Of a stretch of DNA of 64,000 bases, positions 23,356 to 31,818 are shown one piece after another. This DNA is from an uncultured Candidatus Saccharibacteria bacterium (GTDB lineage Bacteria > Patescibacteriota > Minisyncoccia > Phycocordibacterales > UBA2100). The stretch covers positions 30,043-94,042 of the forward strand of contig CAZQMS010000003.1 in assembly GCA_964594735.1 (NCBI GenBank). The letters are read 5' to 3'. Position numbers and translations under genes: made by a program. Each line of letters opens with the position of its first letter. Positions within the stretch are counted from its first letter, which is position 1. The notes under the pieces were generated by a model. That model was given only the letters and a program-made list of their open reading frames with translations, made no database searches and had not been told where the DNA came from.

Positions 23356-23898
23356 TCATTTCTCGAATGTTTTCACGTGCCTTTTAAATGCGGCGAGGTA
23401 CTTTAGTAAATACTCGCGGGTCTTTTCGTCGCGTACTTCGCCGCCGTCGATTTTGTTGTCGCTGTTGTCTACGTAGAATTCTGGCTGGCCGAGTACGTGC
23501 GCGCCGAAGTAATTCATAATGCGTTTGAGGTCGTATTGCGCGACTATCGTGCCACGCGGTCCCGATGACGCGCCCAAGACGCCGACTGGTTTCCCCGAGA
23601 AAGGATGTGTACCCGACGGCCTCGATACCCAGTCAATGGCATTTTTCAAGACGCCGGGCAAGCCGCGGTTGTACTCGGGAGTGAAAAAAAGAATGCCATC
23701 CGCCTTGGCCAGCGTTTCCTTGAGAGCGGTGGCCTCTATCGGATAGGAGGAGGTCTCAAGGTCTTGGTTATAGAGCGGCAGGTTGTCGATGCGCGCTATG
23801 TCGATAGTACATCCCTCGGCCATTTTCTGTGCCTCGAGTGCGAGAGTCTTATTGATAGAGCCGGAGCGGAGTGAGCCGCAGAGTGCTGTGATGTTCAT
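23356..23898 (-). CDS. NADPH-dependent FMN reductase (flavodoxin-like fold)
   Basis: MNITALCGSLRSGSINKTLA... and NAIDW..P...GKPVGVLGASSG, typical of the SsuE/ArsH/YieF family. Confidence 0.8.
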   Translation of the reverse strand: MNITALCGSLRSGSINKTLALEAQKMAEGCTIDIARIDNLPLYNQDLETSSYPIEATALKETLAKADGILFFTPEYNRGLPGVLKNAIDWVSRPSGTHPFSGKPVGVLGASSGPRGTIVAQYDLKRIMNYFGAHVLGQPEFYVDNSDNKIDGGEVRDEKTREYLLKYLAAFKRHVKTFEK

Positions 23899-23940
23899 GT
23901 GTGCAGCCTACCTGCTCTTAGATGAGAGACAAGTGTACAG

Positions 23941-24963
23941 CTAGAGCACGGGCTCAGAGCCGCGCTTTTTGAGCAACCTGCCTTCGAGGGTGAACCTATC
24001 GTAGCCATGCATAAAGAGCGAGATGGCGAGACCGAAAAGTATGATGTGCGGCCAAATCATCTCCTGGAAATAGAGGAGCGAGAGCGTGAGCCAGAACGCG
24101 AGGAACACGAGTGTCCACCGTATCGCTACGCCGAAGAATAGGAGGAGCCCAATAAGGAACTCGATGATAAGCGCACCGAGCACGACGAAGAGCGGGTCGA
24201 AGGGGAAGTATTTCGTGAGGTCGTACAAGACGACTACGTTCAGCGCAAGAGAGCTGTACAAATATTTTGCATAGACTGACGCGAAGAGCACGCCAAAGCC
24301 AAGGCATGCGCGCATGATGGGGAATGCGAGCGGGCGCAGGCGCTCGATAAAGGCGGGTGCATTGACTTCATTGATGTGGAGGCGGCGTGAGAGCGACAAA
24401 CCGCCCCCGCCGAGAAGGATGAGCAATATGTACAGGCCGATATGGTCGGTATAGGTGAGCACGTACCAGCCGTATATCCATGCCGAGTAGAGATAGATAA
24501 GCGCGAGAAGGAGCGCAAAAGGTCGCGTGAAGATGCCGAGCGTAATCGAAAGGCCGGCAAGAAGGAAGAATATCTGCATGAGTGGCGCTGCGCCTCCGAA
24601 AAGCGTATCAAACGGCATCTCGGTGCCATACAGCGCCGAAGCAAATCCGAAAGACATCGTCGAGATGCCGGCGGTAAGCCTCGCCACCGGAAGTGCGTAG
24701 CGTTTGAGGCGTAGGAGGTGTGGTGTCAACTGGCGTTCGAAGAGGCGGAAGAATGTCGCCGCCGCGACGGTGGATACGACCACAAATGACACAAATGCCC
24801 AAAAGAAGAACGTAAGCTCATTGCCGATGTACGCGGAGAAGGGGTCGGGTGATGGGTTTCCCATCGCATTCTGTATCACATCGAGCGGAAGTACGTAGAC
24901 TTCATGCGCTGACGCAGCGAAGGGGATGAGGAAGGTGGCGAGTATAAGTACGAGTCTATACAT
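23941..24963 (-). CDS. Polytopic membrane protein (secreted N-terminal domain + ~8 TM; possibly DoxX-like)
   Basis: Signal peptide then hydrophobic helices throughout. No confident family. Confidence 0.55.
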   Translation of the reverse strand: MYRLVLILATFLIPFAASAHEVYVLPLDVIQNAMGNPSPDPFSAYIGNELTFFFWAFVSFVVVSTVAAATFFRLFERQLTPHLLRLKRYALPVARLTAGISTMSFGFASALYGTEMPFDTLFGGAAPLMQIFFLLAGLSITLGIFTRPFALLLALIYLYSAWIYGWYVLTYTDHIGLYILLILLGGGGLSLSRRLHINEVNAPAFIERLRPLAFPIMRACLGFGVLFASVYAKYLYSSLALNVVVLYDLTKYFPFDPLFVVLGALIIEFLIGLLLFFGVAIRWTLVFLAFWLTLSLLYFQEMIWPHIILFGLAISLFMHGYDRFTLEGRLLKKRGSEPVL

Positions 24964-26608
24964 GGTGAATCATTGAGCGTTCAATGTCTTCTATTGTACC
25001 GCCAACTTTCTTGCCTGGATTGAGGATATTGAGAGGGTCGAATATCTTCTTGGTCTCCTCAAAGAGGCGAATCATTTTCTCGCCGTACATGATGGGCAAA
25101 TACGGGGTGCGGATGATGCCATCGTTGTGCTCGCCGGTAATCGAGCCGCGGTACTTCGCCACTATCTCGTACACTTTTGGCTGGAGGTCGATTATCTCGC
25201 GCCGCTGGTCAGGCTTCGACATATCCATAAGCGGGATGATGTGAAAGTTGGCATCGCCGATGTGTCCCGCGATGGTATAGAGGAGGTGGTGCTGCCGCAA
25301 TAGTGCGTTGAGCTCTGGAATGAACTGCGGATAGTTGTCGGGGTGTACGACCACATCGTCTATAAAAGGTGCTGCATAGAGACCTTTGAGGTTCTTGCGC
25401 AGAAGTGCGAAGCTTTCTCGGCGAATAGTCCAGTATTTCGCGGCCTGCGTTTCGGACTTGGCGAGTTTGGTGCGGACGGGGAGGCCTCGGAGCGCGTGAC
25501 GCGCTTGGCGAGCCTTGTCCACCGCTTCATCGGCAGTCGCTTCGCCGAATTCCGCCATCAGGACGAGTTTCGGTACGCCGCCGGTAAGTACGAGGTAGAG
25601 CTCGGGCATGAATGCAAAGGCGAGCCTCAACATTTGCATGAACCCAAAGTGTCGCAATATCTGCGGGATAAATCGCACGGCGAGTTTGAATGTCTGGTCG
25701 TCGTAACTCTCGAAAGACTCAGGCCCCACCGCGAGGACGCGACGTACGATCTTGGGAAGTATGTCGATATCGGAGAGGAATATCACGAGCATCGCGCGGT
25801 GCTCTTTCATCTTGACGATTTTCAGCTTCGCCCTGGTGACAATGCCGAGCGTACCTTGCGAGCCCGCGATGAGCTGTGTGAGGTCGAAGGTGCCTTTCTC
25901 TTTGTCCATCACGTTCCACAGGGCATAGCCGGCAGAATTCTTGGTCACGCTTGGACGCGCGAGTTCAATCTCGTGCGCGTGCGTCGTGAGAAGCTCGTGC
26001 GTCTTGCGGTAGATTTCTCCTTCGAAATTTTGCAGCGTCATCTTTTCGGAGAGCTCCGCGCCGGTGAGTGGTTTCATCGTGGTGCGGCTGCCATCGGAGA
26101 GCACGACGTCGAGTTCGCGGATGTACGTATTGGTCTTGCCATAGGCAAGTGTGAGCTCGCCGCCCGAATTGTTGGCGACAATGCCGCCGATGGCGCAGAG
26201 CTCGCGCGATGCGGGGTAGGAGGGGAGGAGTTTGCCGGTCTTGCGGAGCGTCTCTTTCTCGAAGTCGCGGTAGTAAAGGCCTGGCTCTGCGACAGCGTAG
26301 TCGCTGCTCACCTCGAGCATCCTATTGATGTACTTGGTGAATACGAGCGATACGGAGTCGGTGAGCGGGCCGCCCGTCATGTCGGTACCGGCGGAGCGGG
26401 GAGCGATGGAGACTTTCTCGCCGGATTGCGCCGCGCCCTGCACCGCACGCACCACCGCGGCTACATCTTCGGCATCTTTGGGGAATACCACGACCTGAGG
26501 AGTGCGCTCAAAGACGCTCGTGTCTCGGCTGTACTTCTTGCGCGAATCGGCGTCGTCGACGACATCGCCTTTAACAACGCGCGCCAAACGCTCTTTGAGA
26601 GAACTCAT
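24956..26608 (-). CDS. FAD-linked oxidase (FAD-binding PCMH-type; GlcD/D-lactate dehydrogenase family)
   Basis: 550 aa with an FAD_binding_4-like N-terminus (PRSAGTDMTGGPL...) and an FAD-oxidase C-terminal domain. Confidence 0.85.
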   Translation of the reverse strand: MSSLKERLARVVKGDVVDDADSRKKYSRDTSVFERTPQVVVFPKDAEDVAAVVRAVQGAAQSGEKVSIAPRSAGTDMTGGPLTDSVSLVFTKYINRMLEVSSDYAVAEPGLYYRDFEKETLRKTGKLLPSYPASRELCAIGGIVANNSGGELTLAYGKTNTYIRELDVVLSDGSRTTMKPLTGAELSEKMTLQNFEGEIYRKTHELLTTHAHEIELARPSVTKNSAGYALWNVMDKEKGTFDLTQLIAGSQGTLGIVTRAKLKIVKMKEHRAMLVIFLSDIDILPKIVRRVLAVGPESFESYDDQTFKLAVRFIPQILRHFGFMQMLRLAFAFMPELYLVLTGGVPKLVLMAEFGEATADEAVDKARQARHALRGLPVRTKLAKSETQAAKYWTIRRESFALLRKNLKGLYAAPFIDDVVVHPDNYPQFIPELNALLRQHHLLYTIAGHIGDANFHIIPLMDMSKPDQRREIIDLQPKVYEIVAKYRGSITGEHNDGIIRTPYLPIMYGEKMIRLFEETKKIFDPLNILNPGKKVGGTIEDIERSMIHHV

Positions 26609-26640
26609 TGAGTTTCATTATATAACGTCAAATAGAAAGA

Positions 26641-26664
26641 GGCCGCGCTTTCGCGCGGCCTCAC
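26641..26664 (-). terminator. Perfect hairpin GAGGCCGCGC-TTTC-GCGCGGCCTC
   Basis: 10-bp GC stem just downstream of the minus-strand ORF ending at 26680. Confidence 0.45.
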
Positions 26665-26679
26665 GTCGTTACCGACTGG

Positions 26680-26892
26680 TTACCAGCCGAAATATCGCCG
26701 GTGTCCCTCGAGAGCTTTGTCGAGTCCTTCATCGCTCAACGGAGTTGACGGACAACGGGGCGCAGGCTCGCGACCTTCGATGCTGCGCACCAACGCGTCG
26801 CCAGTGCGAGAGGTCGGAGGGACAACTGAGCTGGTGCGCTGCGACGAGCGCTTGCGCTCGGGTGCCGGGATTGCGTCACGGAATATTTGCAT
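26680..26892 (-). CDS. Hypothetical Pro/Ser/Arg-rich small ORF, in frame with the upstream ORF across one TGA
   Basis: 70-aa ORF. Together with 26896-27135 it reads continuously if the TGA is read through. Low-complexity composition. Confidence 0.25.
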   Translation of the reverse strand: MQIFRDAIPAPERKRSSQRTSSVVPPTSRTGDALVRSIEGREPAPRCPSTPLSDEGLDKALEGHRRYFGW

Positions 26893-26895
26893 GGT

Positions 26896-27135
26896 TCATT
26901 GCTCCCCTGCGGGCATACGATACCCGCGCTCGTCGAGCTTTTCCCAGCGAAGCCGGATGGCTTCGAGGTACTTCTCTGGCGACTCATAGTCGCCGAGAGT
27001 TTTGTTGAACTCCGGCGGTACGCACACAAGGTGCGCGCCCTGCCCGGTATTTGTCGGCAGAGAAACCCACTCGGGCATTTCAACCCCCTGGTGCTGCTTT
27101 TCCGACCGCCGAACTTGACGGACTACGATAATCAT
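26896..27135 (-). CDS. Hypothetical small protein (likely start at the internal Met, MPEWVSLPTNTGQGAHLV...)
   Basis: 79-aa ORF. The stop TGA is followed 3 nt later by an in-frame ATG. Confidence 0.35.
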   Translation of the reverse strand: MIIVVRQVRRSEKQHQGVEMPEWVSLPTNTGQGAHLVCVPPEFNKTLGDYESPEKYLEAIRLRWEKLDERGYRMPAGEQ

Positions 27136-27227
27136 TGCATGAGGCTAAAGAATAGTCAATGCAGAACTTCACATATGTAAAGTACGCTTCACATAGCGTG
27201 TACTGGCATGTAGAATTCGCTTGCTGC

Positions 27228-27428
27228 ATGAAAGACCACGTTGAAAACCGCGTCCATGATTTCCGCACTCGCGCGGGTATCACTCAGGAAGAGCTCGCCG
27301 AATGCGTCGGCGTCAGTCGCCAGACCATCATCGCCATCGAAAAGGGGAATTACACTCCTTCAGTCCTTCTCGCACTCAAAATAGCGCGCCACTTTAGAGC
27401 GCGGGTAGATGATATTTTTACGCTATGA
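27228..27428 (+). CDS. XRE-family (Cro/C1-type HTH) transcriptional regulator
   Basis: 66 aa; FRTRAGITQEELAECVGVSRQTIIAIEKG is a canonical HTH_XRE. ATGA overlap with the downstream membrane protein. Confidence 0.75.
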   Translation: MKDHVENRVHDFRTRAGITQEELAECVGVSRQTIIAIEKGNYTPSVLLALKIARHFRARVDDIFTL

Positions 27429-27790
27429 GCATGTACCGCGTCGCCGAATTTTTCGTGGCTCTCGTCTTGGTGGGAGCGGCGTTCCTTCTGTTGAACCCAC
27501 TCGATGTGTGGATGCCAAGTATGTTTGAGATGAGCGCGCTCGCAGTCCTCGTCGCGGCCGTCGGCGCTTTTGCCGCATTTATGCTCCGCGAGAAGCCTGT
27601 CGACGAACGCGATGCATCGCATCGCGCATCTGCCGGTCGTGTCGCATTCTTGGTCGGGAGCGGCGTGCTCCTCGTCGGCATTGTCATGCAATCACTCAAA
27701 CATGCGTTGGATTCCTGGCTTGTCGCCGCGCTCGTCGGTATGGTAGTGGCCAAAGTCGCCTGGCGCTGGTGGTCTGAACACAACGGATGA
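27425..27790 (+). CDS. Membrane protein co-transcribed with the XRE regulator
   Basis: Four hydrophobic helices; the gene pair architecture is common for XRE regulators. Confidence 0.55.
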   Translation: MSMYRVAEFFVALVLVGAAFLLLNPLDVWMPSMFEMSALAVLVAAVGAFAAFMLREKPVDERDASHRASAGRVAFLVGSGVLLVGIVMQSLKHALDSWLVAALVGMVVAKVAWRWWSEHNG

Positions 27791-27906
27791 ACATACCAAT
27801 ATACTCAAGTATGTGCGGGTGTCGGTATCCACAGGGCGTGTAAAGGCGGCTTGACATTGCTGCGTGAGCGCCGATACTTGGTGCATACACGCGTAAGAAT
27901 ATTTCT

Positions 27907-28452
27907 ATGCAAAAGGCACTTATCACAGTCGGTATCGGAGCGCTTATTCTCATCGGTGGTTGGTATTTCCTCGCGCAGCAAGACGACGCTGCGATGATGC
28001 AGGAAGAAGACGGTGCCATGATGGATGGTGCGAATTCGCCAACCGGCGGAGGAGGTGACACGATGAAGAAAGATGACTCCGCGATGATGGGAGACGATGC
28101 GATGAATGATGAGCGATCAATGCAGGGCGACAGCATGATGCAGAAAGGCTCCTACGAGACGTACGCAGAGAGCAAGCTCGCGATGGCAGACCATGGCGAC
28201 GTCGTACTCTTTTTCCGCGCATCGTGGTGCCCTACGTGCAAGGCGCTCGATAGCAGCATCAAGAGCAGTATCTCGGCGATTCCTTCCGGGCTCACGATTC
28301 TCGATGTCGACTACGACAATTCACAAGCGCTCAAGCAGAAATATGGCGTGACGTACCAGCACACACTCGTGCAGGTAGATAGCAAGGGAAATCTCATCAA
28401 GAAGTGGAGCGGCTCGCCGACGCTCACCGCGCTCATCGCGGAGGTACAATAG
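27907..28452 (+). CDS. Membrane-anchored thioredoxin-family protein with a Met-rich linker (WCPTC)
   Basis: TM helix, then a Met/Asp-rich low-complexity stretch (13 Met in ~60 aa), then a thioredoxin fold (SWCPTCKALD). Confidence 0.75.
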   Translation: MQKALITVGIGALILIGGWYFLAQQDDAAMMQEEDGAMMDGANSPTGGGGDTMKKDDSAMMGDDAMNDERSMQGDSMMQKGSYETYAESKLAMADHGDVVLFFRASWCPTCKALDSSIKSSISAIPSGLTILDVDYDNSQALKQKYGVTYQHTLVQVDSKGNLIKKWSGSPTLTALIAEVQ

Positions 28453-28456
28453 CACT

Positions 28457-30184
28457 ATGCTGTTCCTCGCCCTCTCGTTCCTCGCGGGCGTGCTCTCGGT
28501 CTTCGCCGCGTGCGTCCTACCGCTTCTCCCGGTCATCGTCGGCGGCTCGCTCGCGGCAGGGGGTCAGAGGCGGCGCATGTACGTCATCGTGGGCTCGCTC
28601 GCGCTCTCGGTCGTAGCTTTCACACTGCTTCTCAAAGCCTCGACCGTGCTTATCGGAGTGCCAGAAGAATTCTGGCGCTACATCTCGGGCGGTATTCTCG
28701 TCGCACTCGGCGTGCTCATGGTGTTCCCTGCGCTCTGGGCGAAAATCCCCGGGGTAAATGCGCTGAACATGGAGTCCAACAAACTCCTCACGAGTGGGTA
28801 TCAGCGCGGGGGATTCTGGGGCGACGCAATCATGGGTGCCGCGCTCGGACCCGTCTTTGCAAGCTGCAGCCCGACGTATTTCATTATCCTCGCTACGGTG
28901 CTTCCTGCGACGCCCGTACTCGGCACGGTGTACCTCGTAGCGTACGCGCTCGGCCTCGCTGGTGCGCTCCTTGCGGTCGCGATTCTCGGTGAGAAGCTCG
29001 TCGGCTGGCTCGGCATTACGCTCGACCCGAGCGGGAAGTTCTTCAAAGGCATAGGTATCGTGCTTGTCGTTGTCGGCCTCCTCGTGTTTACGGGCTACAT
29101 GAAAAAGATTGAGACCTACCTTGTGGAGCGCGGATTCGACGCTACTTTCCTCGAACTCAAGCTCCTCGGGGGCGACGAGATGAGCGTGCAGACAGACCCG
29201 GAGGCAGGCTTTATCCCTCCGGAGGCGAAGAGCGCGATGTACAAGCGCGCTATCGAACTCGTCGCCCCCGATGGCTACATCAACACCTCTGGCGAGAAGA
29301 TAACGCTCGGCGAACTCATCGGAGAGAAAATAGTGCTCCTCGATATCTGGACGTACAGCTGCATCAACTGCATCCGCACGATTCCGTACCTGCGCGATTG
29401 GTACGAAAAGTATTCAGACAGCGGGTTCGAGATAATCGGCATCCATACGCCAGAATTCGCGTTTGAAAAAGTGCAGGCCAATGTGGAGAAAGCCGTGCGC
29501 GAGTACCAGATACGCTGGCCGGTGATTCTCGACAACAATTATCAGACCTGGACTGCCTACGGCAACAATTACTGGCCGCGCAAGTACCTCGTCGACATCG
29601 ACGGCTACATCATCTACGACCACATTGGCGAGGGCGCGTATGCAGAGACGGAGGCGCAGATTCAGCGCGCGCTCCACGAGCGCGCCATACGGCTCGGAAT
29701 GGCTTTTGAAGAAATGAAAGAGCCCGAAGTGAGTGAGACACAGCGTACAGTGCGCAGTCCGGAAGTTTATTTCGGTGCCTGGCGCAACGACCTTTTGGGC
29801 AACGGAGACCCGCGTGTGCGAGGCGAGCGCGCCTTTGCACTCCCATCGCGATTTGCTGCCAACACGCTCTACTTTGGTGGAAAGTGGAACATCGAACAGG
29901 AGTATGCGGTGAACACCGGTGCGCCTGCACAGATTCGTTTCCTCTACGGCTCGAAAGACGTCTTCATGGTCGCGAGCGCCGACTCACCGGTGCGCCTGCG
30001 CATTACGCGAGACGGGCAGCCCCTCGGCGCTGCTGCAGGGAGTGATGTATCGGATAGTGGCATTGTGACGGTGCAAGAAGATAGGCTCTACCGACTGGTG
30101 GAGGATAGCGGCTACGGAGAACACACCCTCGAAATCGAAGTCCTCGACCCCGGCCTCAAAGCCTACACCTTCACCTTCGGCTAG
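28457..30184 (+). CDS. Cytochrome c biogenesis CcdA/DsbD-like transmembrane domain fused to a thioredoxin-like redoxin domain
   Basis: N-terminal 6-TM CcdA-like segment (C..LPLLPVIV; second Cys in CSPTYF), then a TlpA/redoxin-like domain (DIWTYSCINCIRTIPYL...GIHTPEFAFEK). Confidence 0.75.
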   Translation: MLFLALSFLAGVLSVFAACVLPLLPVIVGGSLAAGGQRRRMYVIVGSLALSVVAFTLLLKASTVLIGVPEEFWRYISGGILVALGVLMVFPALWAKIPGVNALNMESNKLLTSGYQRGGFWGDAIMGAALGPVFASCSPTYFIILATVLPATPVLGTVYLVAYALGLAGALLAVAILGEKLVGWLGITLDPSGKFFKGIGIVLVVVGLLVFTGYMKKIETYLVERGFDATFLELKLLGGDEMSVQTDPEAGFIPPEAKSAMYKRAIELVAPDGYINTSGEKITLGELIGEKIVLLDIWTYSCINCIRTIPYLRDWYEKYSDSGFEIIGIHTPEFAFEKVQANVEKAVREYQIRWPVILDNNYQTWTAYGNNYWPRKYLVDIDGYIIYDHIGEGAYAETEAQIQRALHERAIRLGMAFEEMKEPEVSETQRTVRSPEVYFGAWRNDLLGNGDPRVRGERAFALPSRFAANTLYFGGKWNIEQEYAVNTGAPAQIRFLYGSKDVFMVASADSPVRLRITRDGQPLGAAAGSDVSDSGIVTVQEDRLYRLVEDSGYGEHTLEIEVLDPGLKAYTFTFG

Positions 30185-30222
30185 TATTCTCACAATCAGT
30201 AGACGCGTGGGAAAAAATATGT

Positions 30223-30975
30223 ATGCTGGCAAATATGAATAAAGTCGTATTTTGGGCGATAATTCTTATCATAATTCTTATTGGCGGTTGGTACTGGTAC
30301 AACTCGGGCAGGCTCGATTCTGCCATGATGGCGAGCTCGATGGGCTCGTACGAGTACATGTGCGACAACGGTTCGCGCTTCACCATGACTCCGTCGGACG
30401 ACGTGAGCGAGGTTCAGCTCGTGGCCGGCGCGCAGGGCATGTTTACCGGGAGTGTAAGGCTCGCAAAGATGGGCGATGGCAATCACTTCGAGACCACTTC
30501 GGGAGACCTCATCGTCTTTTCCGGTGCGGGCGAGGAAGTGCAGCTCACGGTCGGTAGCGAGTCGACGGTCTGCAATCCTGTTACCAGCGCTGAGATGGCA
30601 CCGTGGAACTGGGGCGATGCGGGCGAGGGCGGTGGCATGCAGTCGGATGTCGCACTTGTTGTCACGGAGAGCATCCAGGGGAAGTGGGAAAGTCTCGATG
30701 ATGCGAAATTTACCCGCGAATTCCGCTCCGACTTCACCGTCGTCGATGCGTATGATGGCAAGGCAAATCTCGACGGGCTCTGGGTCGTCTTCACCAAGAT
30801 GAATGCGCCGGAGATTTCTTTCCCGCTCGAGGACAGTGCGGTGTACCTGCAGATTACGGAAAAGGGCACCCCGCAGGACACGCTTACGTTTAAGGTTACG
30901 AAAGTCACACCGGATGAGCTCGAGCTCATCTACATGGACCGCGGCGGAGTGCTTCGCTTCAAGAGTGTGCAATAG
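30223..30975 (+). CDS. Hypothetical membrane-anchored protein (two tandem beta-rich lipocalin/MliC-like halves suspected)
   Basis: Signal-anchor VVFWAIILIIILIGGWYWY. No confident domain. Confidence 0.5.
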   Translation: MLANMNKVVFWAIILIIILIGGWYWYNSGRLDSAMMASSMGSYEYMCDNGSRFTMTPSDDVSEVQLVAGAQGMFTGSVRLAKMGDGNHFETTSGDLIVFSGAGEEVQLTVGSESTVCNPVTSAEMAPWNWGDAGEGGGMQSDVALVVTESIQGKWESLDDAKFTREFRSDFTVVDAYDGKANLDGLWVVFTKMNAPEISFPLEDSAVYLQITEKGTPQDTLTFKVTKVTPDELELIYMDRGGVLRFKSVQ

Positions 30976-31023
30976 TTGAGTCGTTTTTTAGCGAAACAGC
31001 CCGCGGGAAACCGCGGGCTGTTT

Positions 31024-31767
31024 TTACATCGCGAGGAGTTCTTGAATCACGCGCTCGGTCTCGGCGGGGCCGGAGACGGAGCGGGTATGGATGCCAGTGG
31101 GGATGACGACGGCGTCGTTGCCGCCCTCGTAGAGTGCGTCGCCCACGTAGAGCATGTCGGTGGGTTGCAATTTCGTGCGTTCGCAGAGCCAGCGGACGCC
31201 GTAGGCCTTGTCGATGCCCTTTTTCGTGATGTCTATCGTGGAGGCGCCACCGGAGCGGATTTCGTACTCAGCGAGTTGGGGGCGCAGGTATGCCATGATT
31301 TCTCGGCGTTTCTTTACATCAGGGTCCCACTGCATTTTTATCTCCTGCGGCGCGTCGAGACCGACGACGGTGTACGCGATTTGCACCTCGCGGTCTGATA
31401 TGCGCTTGCCATAAGCCTCCGTATCGCGAATCACTGGCAGTAGCGTCTCCGCCTCCGCGATGATGCTCTTGATGCGCTCGCGCTCTGCGGGGCTCATCGC
31501 ATGGTTGTACTCTTCGTTCCAGCCATCCTGCCACGTGTAGGCCTGCGCGGCGCTGTTGGTGAGAAGTGTCAGGTGGGAAATGTGCGGCGCACCATCGAGC
31601 TGCGAGAGCACGTGATTGGCGACGCGCTGAAATCCCGCGCCGGTCATTATCGCCACCGGCACCTTCTCGAGGAGCTTGCGCAGGAGCGCCATCATCTCGG
31701 GCTTGGGCGGCTGGAAACTCTCGGTGAGCGTCTCATCCAAATCAAAGATGACGTGCTTGTACGGCAT
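31024..31767 (-). CDS. HAD-superfamily hydrolase, subfamily IIB (Cof-like sugar phosphatase)
   Basis: Motif I VIFDLDETLT and motif IV YVGDALYEGGND. The track ORF's N-terminal half (31768-32403) is antisense to the GH1 gene and was removed. Paralog at 55590-56306. Confidence 0.7.
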   Translation of the reverse strand: MPYKHVIFDLDETLTESFQPPKPEMMALLRKLLEKVPVAIMTGAGFQRVANHVLSQLDGAPHISHLTLLTNSAAQAYTWQDGWNEEYNHAMSPAERERIKSIIAEAETLLPVIRDTEAYGKRISDREVQIAYTVVGLDAPQEIKMQWDPDVKKRREIMAYLRPQLAEYEIRSGGASTIDITKKGIDKAYGVRWLCERTKLQPTDMLYVGDALYEGGNDAVVIPTGIHTRSVSGPAETERVIQELLAM

Positions 31768-31818
31768 GGGGACAAGGGTACCACGAAGCGCGCCAAGCGG
31801 TCTGGTACTATTCGCCGC

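Noticed and set aside
25343-26611. 422-aa plus-strand ORF
   Set aside because: Mirror-image antisense of the FAD-linked oxidase gene (24956-26608), which has clear FAD-binding motifs. Its composition is Arg/Ala-rich antisense junk.
26896-26898. In-frame TGA as selenocysteine or code-25 (TGA=Gly) signal
   Set aside because: TGA functions as a stop for well-supported genes in this window. No SECIS-like hairpin directly follows. Reported only as a low-interest observation.
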